Counted from the first letter of the stretch, positions 45,315 to 63,632 are shown. The stretch is DNA of 64,000 bases from Hyphomicrobiaceae bacterium (GCA_036768475.1 DAIPMW010000012.1:35825-99824), one strand, 5' to 3'. Numbers and translations: made by a program. The notes: generated from the sequence alone by a model not told the origin.

Positions 45315-45704
45315 ATGCGTATCAAGAGCACCCTTGCGGCGTTGACGGTTCTGTCCGCCATCCTCGTTGCGTTGCCGTGGCCGGCCTCCGCCGGCGTCCG
45401 TCACGATCGTGACGGCTGGGGACGCGAGCACGTCGCCACACACCGCGTTAACGCGCCGCGCTACAGCCATCGCTATTACGGCAATAACCTGAGCGATCCC
45501 TATCACTATCGCTACGTCCAACCGCGCTATTACCCGGTCTATAATTCTGGCTATTGGGTGCCGGCACGGCACTATCGCAAGGCGCGCAAGCACTACGTGC
45601 TGCCGCACTACTACAAGGCTTGGGGCTATCCTAAGCACTGCAAGCGTGATCGGGACTGCTATCCCTACCGCCATCACCACCGCCATCACCGTCACCACCG
45701 CTGA
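45315..45704 (+). CDS. exported Tyr/Arg/His-rich small protein with C-terminal His-rich tail
   Basis: Start at ATG 45315. Signal peptide MRIKSTLAALTVLSAILVALPWPASA. Mature part is rich in Y/R/H and ends YRHHHRHHRHHR. Confidence 0.55.
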   Translation: MRIKSTLAALTVLSAILVALPWPASAGVRHDRDGWGREHVATHRVNAPRYSHRYYGNNLSDPYHYRYVQPRYYPVYNSGYWVPARHYRKARKHYVLPHYYKAWGYPKHCKRDRDCYPYRHHHRHHRHHR

Positions 45705-45964
45705 GTGGCAGGTTCGGTGAGCGGGCTTCAAGTGCAACGTTATTGAGCGGCCGCCGGTCTTGCGCCGGTGGCCGATCTGCATTTGAGAATAGCCGTTCAA
45801 TCTCTCCGGCCGCGGCTCGGCGCCGGTTCGGCACTCCTGGGATCGAATAGTGATCGAGGTCACGGTTGCAGCGCGCCGTCGTGTTATCCATATCAAGGAT
45901 GACGTTACGATGTGCCGCGCTCTCCGGTCTCCAGCAAGCGGCGAAGCGGAGTGTGAAGGGTCCG

Positions 45965-46300
45965 ATGCCAAACCGTCATTTCCCGCGCACGATTCCGGGC
46001 GATCCCCATCCCCCGAGCCTGCTCACGTTTCTTGGGTTGCATTGCGCGATGGGAGTGGCCGTTGGGATCGTACTGGCGGCAATCGTGGTGCTGACCGATC
46101 TCGGCGGCATGAAGCAGCTGTTAACCGAAAGCTCCGAGCCGTTCATTCCGATGTTCGTGCTGTTCGCTATGTTCTCCCTGACCTTCGGTGCATTGAAGAT
46201 GGGCATGGCGATCATGTCTCTGCCGCTGGAAGTGCCTGACGACGGCGCCGATGACGGCGAATATCACGAGCCCCCAGAGCCTCGACAGCCGAGGGATTGA
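45965..46300 (+). CDS. small hypothetical membrane protein (2 TM)
   Basis: Start at ATG 45965. Hydrophobic helices (LLTFLGLHCAMGVAVGIVLAAIVVL and FIPMFVLFAMFSLTFGALKMGMAIM) with an acidic tail. Confidence 0.45.
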   Translation: MPNRHFPRTIPGDPHPPSLLTFLGLHCAMGVAVGIVLAAIVVLTDLGGMKQLLTESSEPFIPMFVLFAMFSLTFGALKMGMAIMSLPLEVPDDGADDGEYHEPPEPRQPRD

Positions 46301-46323
46301 GCCAGCCGCCCGCGGCAATCAAA

Positions 46324-46389
46324 ATATGTTTTGTAGAAGCGTGCAGCGGTTCAGCGTGAAGTGAACAACATGCTCAATCGATAGATCTG
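46324..46389 (+). repeat. double-hairpin intergenic repeat, partial/degenerate copy F
   Basis: atatgttttgtagaagcgtgcagcggttcagcgtgaagtgaacaacatgctc matches hairpin 1 only. Lies between a convergent hypothetical gene and rlmB. Confidence 0.7.
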
Positions 46390-46420
46390 CGTCGTAAGCG
46401 GTTGCTGTAGCTGGCGCAGC

Positions 46421-47278
46421 TCAGCGGTGCACTCGCCGCCGCATCGATGACAAATGCAGCGCTATGGCCGCTGCGTTCGACACGTTCAGGCTGGCGAGCG
46501 TCTGCGACGTGCCGATACGGCAGATGGCGGAGCAGGTTTCGCGCGTCAGTTGCCGAAGTCCTTTGCCCTCCGCACCCAGCACGAACGCGACCGCTCCAGA
46601 AAGCGGTGCATCCTCCAACAGCGTCTCGCCTTCGCCGTCGAGCCCGATGACATGGACGCCGGCCGATTTGAGCTCGTCGATGGTTCGAGCGAGGTTTTGT
46701 ACGAGCGCAACTGGAACGAGTTCGAGCGCACCTGACGCCGATTTTGCGAGGGTACCGTTGAGGGGCGGCGAGTGCCGCCGTGTCGTAACAAGCCCTGCCG
46801 CTCCAAAGACCGCTGCCGACCGCAGAATGGCGCCGACGTTGTGCGGGTCCGTCACCTGGTCGAGAATCACGAGTGGGCCGCCGTCCTGCGCGCCGGCGCG
46901 AGCTACAAGTTGAGCGAGATCGGGCTCTTCCAGAGGCTCCGTTTCGATCGCGACACCTTGGTGCACCGTGTCGGGGCCGAGCAACCGGTCGAGATCCTTG
47001 GGCCGAACGCGCTCCACCTTGAGCCCGCGTTTGGCGATTGCCGCGGCAAGCCTGTTTTCAGCGTTCTCCGTTGCCAGGATGCGCCCGATGCAGCGGCCGG
47101 GATTGTCGAGCGCTGCCATCACCGCATGAACGCCGAACAGCATCAACCGGTCGTCTGTCGTCGGCTCCATGCGCTGGGCCGAACCTGCACCCGGGCGGCC
47201 GCGTCCCTGCCGTGTCGGATGACGGGATCGGTCCTTGCTGGGTTTGAAGGCACGAGGCTTGCCGGAAGGGGCGGACAT
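46421..47278 (-). CDS. rlmB: 23S rRNA (guanosine-2'-O)-methyltransferase RlmB (SpoU/TrmH family)
   Basis: Start at ATG 47278. Basic N-terminus, then LFGVHAVMAAL and DQVTDPHNVGAILRSA...LGAEGKGLR...IP..G...SLNVS motifs. Confidence 0.85.
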   Translation of the reverse strand: MSAPSGKPRAFKPSKDRSRHPTRQGRGRPGAGSAQRMEPTTDDRLMLFGVHAVMAALDNPGRCIGRILATENAENRLAAAIAKRGLKVERVRPKDLDRLLGPDTVHQGVAIETEPLEEPDLAQLVARAGAQDGGPLVILDQVTDPHNVGAILRSAAVFGAAGLVTTRRHSPPLNGTLAKSASGALELVPVALVQNLARTIDELKSAGVHVIGLDGEGETLLEDAPLSGAVAFVLGAEGKGLRQLTRETCSAICRIGTSQTLASLNVSNAAAIALHLSSMRRRVHR

Positions 47279-47564
47279 GTGGAACCTTTTCGCAGGCGCG
47301 GCCGGTTGCAAGGCCCGGAAGCGGCGGATCTGGTGGATCGGGAGAGCGTTGCCATACGGCAATCTGGCGCCCGGCTGCAAGTGATGCCGCGCCTCGCAGC
47401 CTTCCCAGGGGCCTGCCCGAGCCGGTCGCGGGCCGATTGCAGACCGAATGGGGATTGACAGCCGGGCTGCCCGTTAGCATAAGACGGTGCTTGCCCCGCG
47501 GCGACACTCGCGGGGCTATTTCGTTTGGGTTCTGAGACTTTTCGGCCCGCGCGTCCTGGTTTCT

Positions 47565-47649
47565 GGAGGGGTGCCCGAGTGGCTAAAGGGGACGGACTGT
47601 AAATCCGTTGGCTATGCCTACGCTGGTTCGAATCCAGCCCCCTCCACCA
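47565..47649 (+). tRNA. tRNA-Tyr (anticodon GUA)
   Basis: GGAGGGGTGCCCGAGTGGCTAAAGGGGACGGACTGTAAATCCGTTGGCTATGCCTACGCTGGTTCGAATCCAGCCCCCTCCACCA. Long variable arm, anticodon loop CTGTAAA. Confidence 0.93.
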
Positions 47650-47728
47650 GACCGGGCGAGCATGCCGACAAGCGGTTGCCTTGCCGCCGCGCGGTGGCTG
47701 ACCGGTAGCGGAATTTCCAAGCGAACAA

Positions 47729-47802
47729 GCGGGTGTAGCTCAATGGTAGAGCAGCAGCCTTCCAAGCTGAATACGTGGGTTCGATTCCCATCACCCGCTC
47801 CA
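47729..47802 (+). tRNA. tRNA-Gly (anticodon UCC)
   Basis: GCGGGTGTAGCTCAATGGTAGAGCAGCAGCCTTCCAAGCTGAATACGTGGGTTCGATTCCCATCACCCGCTCCA. Anticodon loop CTTCCAA. Confidence 0.93.
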
Positions 47803-47950
47803 ATTTTTCTCAGTTTGTCCATACCGGATACATGGGTGACGCTTCGTTCCGGAGACTGGATGGCAATCGCGTGCCGAACCGGTTGTCGAGGGATTGATAG
47901 CAACAGCGTTCAATTGTTACGCCCGCTGATTGACGATTTCGATCGTCCAC

Positions 47951-48056
47951 CTAGATCGCGTTCCTGTTCGACGGAAACATGAACGCAACCCAGCACCTTG
48001 TTTCGAGCATGTTTTTCACGCTGAACCGCTGCACACTTCAGCTAAACATGCTTTAA
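47951..48056 (-). repeat. double-hairpin intergenic repeat, copy D (inverted orientation)
   Basis: Its reverse complement is nearly identical to copy E, differing only at gtgaaaaacatgctc versus gtgaaaatatgctc. Lies immediately upstream of doxX. Confidence 0.9.
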
Positions 48057-48111
48057 GCTGTTCGTTCTCTTTTTGCGAGGGGAGCGATTTAACGGCGAAG
48101 GGGAGGCCAAA

Positions 48112-48507
48112 ATGCGAGATGATGCACTGTCGGCGTGGGGTCCCAGACTTCTGAGCGTCCTGCGCGCGGTCGCGGGGTTCATCTTTCTGCTTCACGGCGC
48201 GCAAAAGCTGATCGGCTATCCACCTACGGAGAAGGTTGTGCAGGCCATGAGCCTGCCGTGGTTCGCCGGTGTGATCGAATTGGTCGGCGGCGCGCTCATC
48301 TTCATCGGGCTCTTTACCCGCCCGGCGGCATTCATCGCCTCCGGCACGATGGCCTTTGGCTATTGGATTGCCCACGCTCCGCGCGACCTGTTCCCCGTCA
48401 ACAATGGCGGCGATGCTGCCATCCTTTATTGTTTCGTTTTTCTCTATCTGGTCGCTGCCGGGCCCGGCCCATGGAGTTTGGACGCCGTCCGTTCACGGCG
48501 GACCTAG
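48112..48507 (+). CDS. DoxX-family membrane protein
   Basis: ATG 48112 follows GGGAGG. LLSVLRAVAGFIFLLHGAQKL...FIGLFTRPAAFIASGTMAFGYW is the typical DoxX pattern. 131 aa. Confidence 0.8.
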   Translation: MRDDALSAWGPRLLSVLRAVAGFIFLLHGAQKLIGYPPTEKVVQAMSLPWFAGVIELVGGALIFIGLFTRPAAFIASGTMAFGYWIAHAPRDLFPVNNGGDAAILYCFVFLYLVAAGPGPWSLDAVRSRRT

Positions 48508-48608
48508 AGCATGTTTAGCTGAAGTGTGCAGCGGTTCAGCGTGAAAATATGCTCGAAACAAGGTGCTGGGTTGCGTTCATGTTTCCGTCGAACAGGAACG
48601 CGATCTAG
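48504..48608 (+). repeat. double-hairpin intergenic repeat, copy E
   Basis: ctagagcatgtttagctgaagtgtgcagcggttcagcgtgaaaatatgctc...gttgcgttcatgtttccgtcgaacaggaacgcgatctag. Its first CTAG contains the doxX stop codon. Confidence 0.9.
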
Positions 48609-48859
48609 GCGCTTGGCTTCAGCCGTCGCGGACCGTTCCCCGCGCCCCCGGCGACAGCTGCGGGCGAAATGATGGTTGTGTCCTGACAAGGCATGCTTGG
48701 AAGGCGCTCGTCGGCGTGCGTCAGCATCCCCGCTGGCGCACATTTCACCCTTGAAGATCGCCCCCCAAACCCTTAGAGACACGGGCGCAACGTGCGCGTC
48801 GGTCCGCCCCGGGCGGGCCTTGGCGGCGCATCGCTCCCGCTACCTCAAGGAAACGACAT

Positions 48860-50050
<1,191 letters not shown>

Positions 50051-50105
50051 GGGATTTCCCTTGCGACTTGCTCGACGCTAAAGGCGCCGACAAAACTCAA
50101 ATGCT

Positions 50106-50129
50106 TGAAGTGGGGCAAGCCCCACTTCA
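50106..50129 (+). terminator. strong hairpin in the spacer between the tuf 3'-end repeats
   Basis: TGAAGTGGGG-caag-CCCCACTTCA, a perfect 10-bp stem with no U-tract. Confidence 0.4.
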
Positions 50130-50131
50130 GA

Positions 50132-50169
50132 TCGGCGCCGGCGTCGTCGCGAAGATCGAGGAATAAGGG
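50132..50169 (+). repeat. 38-bp direct repeat, copy 2 (orphan duplicate of tuf 3' end)
   Basis: Identical 38-mer, 115 bp downstream of copy 1, followed by ctggggctctttttt. Confidence 0.95.
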
Positions 50170-50349
50170 CTGGGGCTCTTTTTTCCGCTGATCTCGGCGC
50201 CAGCGTTTGGTCGGCGACACTGCTGTGTGCCGGACGTTGCCGGCACGGACTGTCGATGAGTGATTTGGTGGAAGATCAAGGCGGCTTCAGCCTTCCGCCG
50301 TTGCCGATTTTGACCAGGTCGTTTATCTGGTGCCAACTGCAGGTGAGCC

Positions 50350-50676
50350 ATGATCGTGGTCACAACCAATGACCTGCCCGGATATCGGATCGTCCGTCAC
50401 CTGGGCGTCGCGCGTGGCCTGTCGGTTCGGTCGCGCTCTGTGGTGGGTAACATCGGGGCTGCGATACAGATCCTTTTCGGCGGGAATATCACGCTGTATA
50501 CCAAGCTTGCCGAGCAGGCCCGGCAGGAGGCGTTTGATCTGTTGATCGCGCACGGCGAGCGGATGGGAGCCAATGCCGTCCTTGCCATGCGTTATGACGC
50601 CAATGAAATGGCCTCCGCGGTGACCGAGGTGCTGGCATATGGCACCGCTGTCGTCGTTGAACGCATCGGGGTTTGA
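50350..50676 (+). CDS. ybjQ: YbjQ/UPF0145 family protein
   Basis: 108 aa. [23 protein letters not shown]...[11 protein letters not shown], typical of YbjQ. Confidence 0.85.
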   Translation: MIVVTTNDLPGYRIVRHLGVARGLSVRSRSVVGNIGAAIQILFGGNITLYTKLAEQARQEAFDLLIAHGERMGANAVLAMRYDANEMASAVTEVLAYGTAVVVERIGV

Positions 50677-50820
50677 GCGTCTTTTCGGGTAATTTTGGTG
50701 GTTGACGTGGCTAAAATGTCACGTGCAAGCGGAAACGCGGTTTGATGCGTGACAAACCGGGAAAGTTCCGCTAAAGCTGCCCACCCCGAGAGACTGGAAG
50801 CGCGCGCCATTGGGCGCATT

Positions 50821-50896
50821 AGGGGTGTAGCTCAATTGGCAGAGCGTCGGTCTCCAAAACCGAAGGTTGGGGGTTCGAGACCCTCCACCCCTGCCA
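50821..50896 (+). tRNA. tRNA-Trp (anticodon CCA)
   Basis: AGGGGTGTAGCTCAATTGGCAGAGCGTCGGTCTCCAAAACCGAAGGTTGGGGGTTCGAGACCCTCCACCCCTGCCA. Anticodon loop CTCCAAA. Confidence 0.93.
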
Positions 50897-51024
50897 TCTG
50901 ATGTGATGAGCCGGATTCGCCAGCGAGGGCAGCGGATCTGGCGTTTCGGTTTGTGTGTTAGGCGCGGGCTTGCCCTGTAGCTGCCTGAGTGCACGAGAAC
51001 TGCCCCGCCGGATTTAGGTGTTTG

Positions 51025-51219
51025 ATGGCCAAAAACCCATTTGAGTTCATCCAGGAAGTGCGAGCCGAGACCGCCAAGGTCACGTGGCCGACCTGGAAGG
51101 AAGTCTGGATCACCACCGTCATGGTCATGATCATGGTCGCGCTGGCGTCGATCTTCTTCCTGCTCGCTGACCAGTTGATAGGCTGGCTTGTGAGCCTGGT
51201 GCTTCAGATCGGTCGGTAA
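51025..51219 (+). CDS. secE: preprotein translocase subunit SecE
   Basis: Start at ATG 51025 (MAKNPFEFIQEVRAETAKVTWPTWKEV...). Single TM. Canonical position between tRNA-Trp and nusG. Confidence 0.9.
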   Translation: MAKNPFEFIQEVRAETAKVTWPTWKEVWITTVMVMIMVALASIFFLLADQLIGWLVSLVLQIGR

Positions 51220-51281
51220 GCGGTAACGTATGGCGCCCAACGGGCGCTGTCTCAATTCAAGGGTGGAAGTAGAGACAGGAC

Positions 51282-51818
51282 ATGGCGAAGCGCTGGTACA
51301 TTGTGCACGCCTACACCAACTTCGAGCGCAAGGTGGCAGACGCCATCAAGGAGCGCGCGAAGGCGGCGGGACTTGAAGACCTCTTCGATGAGGTGATGGT
51401 TCCGACCGAGGAGGTGGTTGAGGTCAAGCGCGGCCGCAAGGTCCAGGCGGAGCGGAAGTTCCTCCCAGGCTACGTGCTCGTGAAGATGGAGATGACCGAC
51501 CCGGCGTTCCTTTTGATCAAGAACACGCCGAAGGTCACGGGTTTCCTCGGTGCCGACAACAAGCCGATCGCAATCTCCGAGGATGAGGCAATGCGCATCC
51601 TCAATCAGGTCAAGGAGGGCGTCGAGCGGCCGAAGCCGTCGATCACCTTCGAGATCGGCGAGCAGGTGAAGGTGGCCGACGGACCATTTGCCTCGTTCCA
51701 GGGCCACGTCGAAGAGGTCGACGAGGAGCGCGCCCGTCTCAAGGTTGCGGTCTCGATTTTCGGTCGCCCGACTCCGGTCGAGCTGGAGTTCGGCCAGGTG
51801 GAGAAGGTTGCTGGCTGA
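51282..51818 (+). CDS. nusG: transcription termination/antitermination factor NusG
   Basis: 178 aa. MAKRWYIVHAYTNFERKV... with C-terminal KOW motif (GEQVKVADGPFASFQGHV). Confidence 0.97.
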   Translation: MAKRWYIVHAYTNFERKVADAIKERAKAAGLEDLFDEVMVPTEEVVEVKRGRKVQAERKFLPGYVLVKMEMTDPAFLLIKNTPKVTGFLGADNKPIAISEDEAMRILNQVKEGVERPKPSITFEIGEQVKVADGPFASFQGHVEEVDEERARLKVAVSIFGRPTPVELEFGQVEKVAG

Positions 51819-52151
51819 TCCGCACGCATGAAAACTGGGTTCTGGCGCTCGATGGTGACGGGGCTCGGGATCATGCGGTCAGCCGCCCGGTGAGAGTTGG
51901 GCGGCGGATGAGAAGAGTGTTTCGCATGTGCGCGGCTCGGCCCCGTGCATGCACTTGATCGTCCGGTGCGACGGGGCGGGACCATCATGGTGCCGCAGTC
52001 TCCGCCGCACCGACGAGCCCGATTGTGAAAGGCGCGCGAGCCTTCTCATTGGGTCGCAGAGTGCGGGAGGAAGCTGGCAACAAGGTGGCCGGCGACCTTT
52101 GACCGCTAACCCTGGGACGGGTTTTCCCGTCTCGTGTTTCAAGGGGATACC

Positions 52152-52580
52152 ATGGCGAAGAAAATTGACGGTTACATCAACCTCCAGGTGCCGGCAGGGA
52201 AGGCCAATCCTTCTCCGCCGATCGGCCCTGCGCTCGGCCAGCGCGGCGTCAATATCATGGAGTTCTGCAAAGCCTTCAACGCGAAGTCGAAGGATATCGA
52301 GGAAGGCACGCCGATCCCGGTGAAGATCACGGTCTTCTCCGACCGGTCATTCACGTTCGAAATGAAGACGCCGCCCGCGTCCTTCTTCCTCAAGAAGGCC
52401 GCCAAGATCTCTGCTGGCTCGAAGGAGACCGGCCGCACTGTTGCAGGACAGGTGACGATGGAGCAGGTGCGCGAGATCGCAAAGTTGAAGATGAAGGACC
52501 TGAACACCGACGACCCCGAGCAGGCCGCGCGCACGATCGCCGGCTCCGCGCGCTCGATGGGCATCCGGGTGGTGGAGTAA
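52152..52580 (+). CDS. rplK: 50S ribosomal protein L11
   Basis: Start at ATG 52152 ([43 protein letters not shown]). Confidence 0.97.
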   Translation: MAKKIDGYINLQVPAGKANPSPPIGPALGQRGVNIMEFCKAFNAKSKDIEEGTPIPVKITVFSDRSFTFEMKTPPASFFLKKAAKISAGSKETGRTVAGQVTMEQVREIAKLKMKDLNTDDPEQAARTIAGSARSMGIRVVE

Positions 52581-52584
52581 GAAC

Positions 52585-53328
52585 ATGGCAAACCTCACCC
52601 CCGAACAGATCAAGTCCACCCGTCTTGCCGGCGGCAAGCGCATGGCATCGATCAACCAGGGCATCGACCGCAACAAGGTCTACCCGATCGAGGAGGCCGT
52701 GAAGCTGGTCAAGGCCCGCGCCAAGGCCAAGTTCGACGAGACGATCGAAGTTGCGTTGAACCTCGGTGTCGACCCCAAGCATGCCGACCAGATGGTGCGC
52801 GGCGTCTGCCTGCTGCCGAACGGCTCGGGCCGTACCGCGCGCGTCGCGGTGTTTGCGCGTGGCGCCAAGGCCGAGGAAGCGAAGGCTGCGGGCGCCGATG
52901 TGGTCGGCGCTGAGGATCTCGTCGAGCAGGTCCAGGGCGGCAACATCAACTTCGACCGCTGCATCGCCACGCCCGACATGATGGGCTTGGTAGGCCGTCT
53001 GGGTAAGGTGCTCGGCCCTCGCGGCCTGATGCCGAACCCGCGCGTCGGCACGGTGACGATGGACGTCACCACCGCCGTCAAGGGCGCCAAGGGCGGTTCG
53101 GTCGAGTTCCGCGTCGAGAAGGCCGGCATCATCCACGCCGGCGTCGGCAAGGCCTCGTTCGCCGACGCGGCGTTGGTCGAGAACATCAAGGCGTTCGTCG
53201 ACGCGGTCGTGAAGGCCAGGCCGTCAGGCGCCAAGGGCACCTACCTGAAACGCGTTTCCGTCACCTCAACGATGGGGCCGGGCGTGAAGGTCGATGCTGC
53301 CACGGTCTCAAGCGGCCCTGTCGTTTGA
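52585..53328 (+). CDS. rplA: 50S ribosomal protein L1
   Basis: 247-aa ORF with GGAG upstream. Conserved core [25 protein letters not shown] shorter start at ATG 52642 is possible. Confidence 0.93.
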   Translation: MANLTPEQIKSTRLAGGKRMASINQGIDRNKVYPIEEAVKLVKARAKAKFDETIEVALNLGVDPKHADQMVRGVCLLPNGSGRTARVAVFARGAKAEEAKAAGADVVGAEDLVEQVQGGNINFDRCIATPDMMGLVGRLGKVLGPRGLMPNPRVGTVTMDVTTAVKGAKGGSVEFRVEKAGIIHAGVGKASFADAALVENIKAFVDAVVKARPSGAKGTYLKRVSVTSTMGPGVKVDAATVSSGPVV

Positions 53329-53708
53329 GATCCGCCGCGCTGCAGCGCGCGGCACACGAGAATTCCCGGGCTTGCCCGGGATACGCTCCGGCCACCGCGA
53401 ATGGGCGGCCGGGGCGGAACCTGTCCGAGATTGCAGGTGCCGCGGGAAGCTAGCTTCCCAACGCCTAAACCGCTCGATGAGGGCCTGCATGAGACGGGAG
53501 ACAACCCGATCGCTGGCATTTCCTCGGGAATGCCGCGCACGGTTTGAACCTTCTGGGTCGCACCCGTGCCGCCTCTCTTCGCTGAGAGCGCGCGGAGGAC
53601 AGGTCTGAAGCGCCGCACTTGGAACGGCCGGTTGGCTGGAAAGAGTCGGCAAGGTGCAACCCGCGAGCGTGCCGCGAGGCATGCTTGCGAGACTGGGAGA
53701 GAGCGTAA
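53329..53708 (+). promoter_or_regulatory. long structured rplJ leader (L10-leader-type autoregulatory region expected here)
   Basis: 380-nt non-coding gap between rplA and rplJ with several GC-rich inverted repeats. The call rests on position only, not on a motif match. Confidence 0.35.
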
Positions 53709-54227
53709 GTGGAAAGAGCCGCGAAACGTGAGCTCGTGACAGCGCTCCACGAGGTGTTGAAGGACACCGGCGTGGTCGTCGTCGCCCACAACACCGGCAT
53801 GGTTGCCGCCCAATCCGCAGAATTCCGCAAGCGCGTCCGTGACGCGGGCGGAACGGTGAAGGTGGTGAAGAACCGGCTGGCGAAGCTCGCGATCAAGGAC
53901 ACGGATGCTGCCGGCATCGAGAACCTTCTGACTGGCCCGACCATTCTGGCCTACTCGAAGGACCCGATCGCGGCGGCGAAGGTTACCGTCGAATACGCCA
54001 AGGGGGTCGACAAGCTCGTCGTCCTCGGCGGCACGATGGGATCGACCGTCCTTGATGCGAACGGCGTCAAGGCGCTCGCCGAGCTGCCGTCACTGGATGA
54101 GCTCAGAGCCAAGCTGATCGGCCTCCTCAACGCGCCGGCGACCAAGATCGCCCGCACGGTGAAGGAGCCGGGAGCCAAGCTCGCACGCGTCATCCAGGCG
54201 AAGGCCAGCCAGGGCGAGGCAGCCTGA
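53709..54227 (+). CDS. rplJ: 50S ribosomal protein L10
   Basis: GTG start. [31 protein letters not shown]... Confidence 0.95.
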   Translation: MERAAKRELVTALHEVLKDTGVVVVAHNTGMVAAQSAEFRKRVRDAGGTVKVVKNRLAKLAIKDTDAAGIENLLTGPTILAYSKDPIAAAKVTVEYAKGVDKLVVLGGTMGSTVLDANGVKALAELPSLDELRAKLIGLLNAPATKIARTVKEPGAKLARVIQAKASQGEAA

Positions 54228-54345
54228 TCCCGCTTGAATGGGCGATGCGGCACAGTGAGATGCGCGCCGCATCACGAGACGAACGCAGCTGTAACGAACG
54301 CTGCAACAGGTACTGAAACAGGTTCAAACCGAAGGAACACACGAC

Positions 54346-54717
54346 ATGACCGATCTCGCAAAGATCGTTGACGATCTCTCCAAGCTCACCGTCCTTGAGG
54401 CCGCTGAGCTGGCCAAGATGCTCGAAGAGACGTGGGGCGTCTCCGCTGCCGCCGCCGTTGCCGTCGCTGCGGCACCGGGCGCTGCCGCGGCTCCGGTCGA
54501 GGAGCAGACCGAGTTCACCGTCATCCTGAAGTCGGGCGGCGAGAAGAAGATCAACGTCATCAAGGAGGTCCGCGCCCTCACCGGTCTTGGCCTCAAGGAG
54601 GCGAAGGATCTCGTCGAGGCCGGCGGCAAGCCCGTGAAGGAAGGCATCCCCAAGGACGAGGCGATGAAGATCAAGAAGCAGCTCGAGGACCAGGGCGCGA
54701 CCGTCGAGCTGAAGTAA
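54346..54717 (+). CDS. rplL: 50S ribosomal protein L7/L12
   Basis: 123 aa with an Ala-rich hinge and ...[40 protein letters not shown]. Confidence 0.97.
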   Translation: MTDLAKIVDDLSKLTVLEAAELAKMLEETWGVSAAAAVAVAAAPGAAAAPVEEQTEFTVILKSGGEKKINVIKEVRALTGLGLKEAKDLVEAGGKPVKEGIPKDEAMKIKKQLEDQGATVELK

Positions 54718-54724
54718 CGATGAG

Positions 54725-54807
54725 GGGAACAGGGAGCGGTGATTCTGCCTGGGGTTGAGGTGCCATGGTGCCGATCCCCATATGAGATCCTCCCACTCTC
54801 TGTTCCC
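54725..54807 (+). promoter_or_regulatory. structured rplL-rpoB intergenic element (possible attenuator)
   Basis: GGGAACAGGGAG (54725-54736) pairs with CTCTCTGTTCCC (54796-54807), enclosing an inner TGGGG...CCCCA stem. No U-tract. Confidence 0.3.
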
Positions 54808-54977
54808 GTCTCGCCATCAGGGCGAGAACAACGGTTCTCCGGAGGACTCCCGGCTACCAAGGTGGCCGCTTGGAGCCCTCCGGTGAGCCGTTTCAGGCGC
54901 GGGGGATGGCGGCCCCCGGGGACTGATTGGAAAAAAGGGCGCGGGATCGTCACCTGCGCCGAAGCGAAGGAGCGGAC

Positions 54978-59126
<4,149 letters not shown>

Positions 59127-59320
59127 CGCGCAGTGCGCCGGCGGTCACGCGTCGGCGCACTGATCTGCTCCAGGCCGCGAGCTTTTGGGCATCGCGCCGG
59201 AGCGCATGAGAACGAGTCAAGGCCCTGATGAGGGGCCCCAAGTGAGACCCGATAGCCGCCAAGGGTCAATGAGCCTTCAACGAGCGGGGCGCCGCTGGGC
59301 CCCGCGAGGAGTGAGAGCCG

Positions 59321-63544
<4,224 letters not shown>

Positions 63545-63598
63545 GACGGCTCGCCTCGCAGCGCCATTGCGGTGGTGTCGCAATTCGAGATCGACGAG

Positions 63599-63632
63599 GG
63601 CCGCGGGTTTATCCCGCGGCCTTCGTCATTTC
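63599..63632 (+). terminator. rho-independent terminator after rpoC
   Basis: GGCCGCGGG-tttat-CCCGCGGCC followed by a T-rich tail ttcgtcatttc, about 55 nt after the stop. Confidence 0.6.

Noticed and set aside
47930-48154. Short ORFs translated through the repeat copies, for example ...RKHERNPAPCFEHVFHAEPLHTSAKHAL, and the ORF at 48504-48782 on the minus strand.
   Set aside because: The same peptide-like string arises only because the repeat is reiterated. Frames are not preserved between copies (indels are present), the conserved features are nucleotide stems, and there are no start or SD signals.
9298-48608. Whether the reiterated ~105-nt elements form a CRISPR array.
   Set aside because: Copies are kilobases apart in separate intergenic regions and in both orientations. 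They are far longer than CRISPR repeats, and no cas genes are present.
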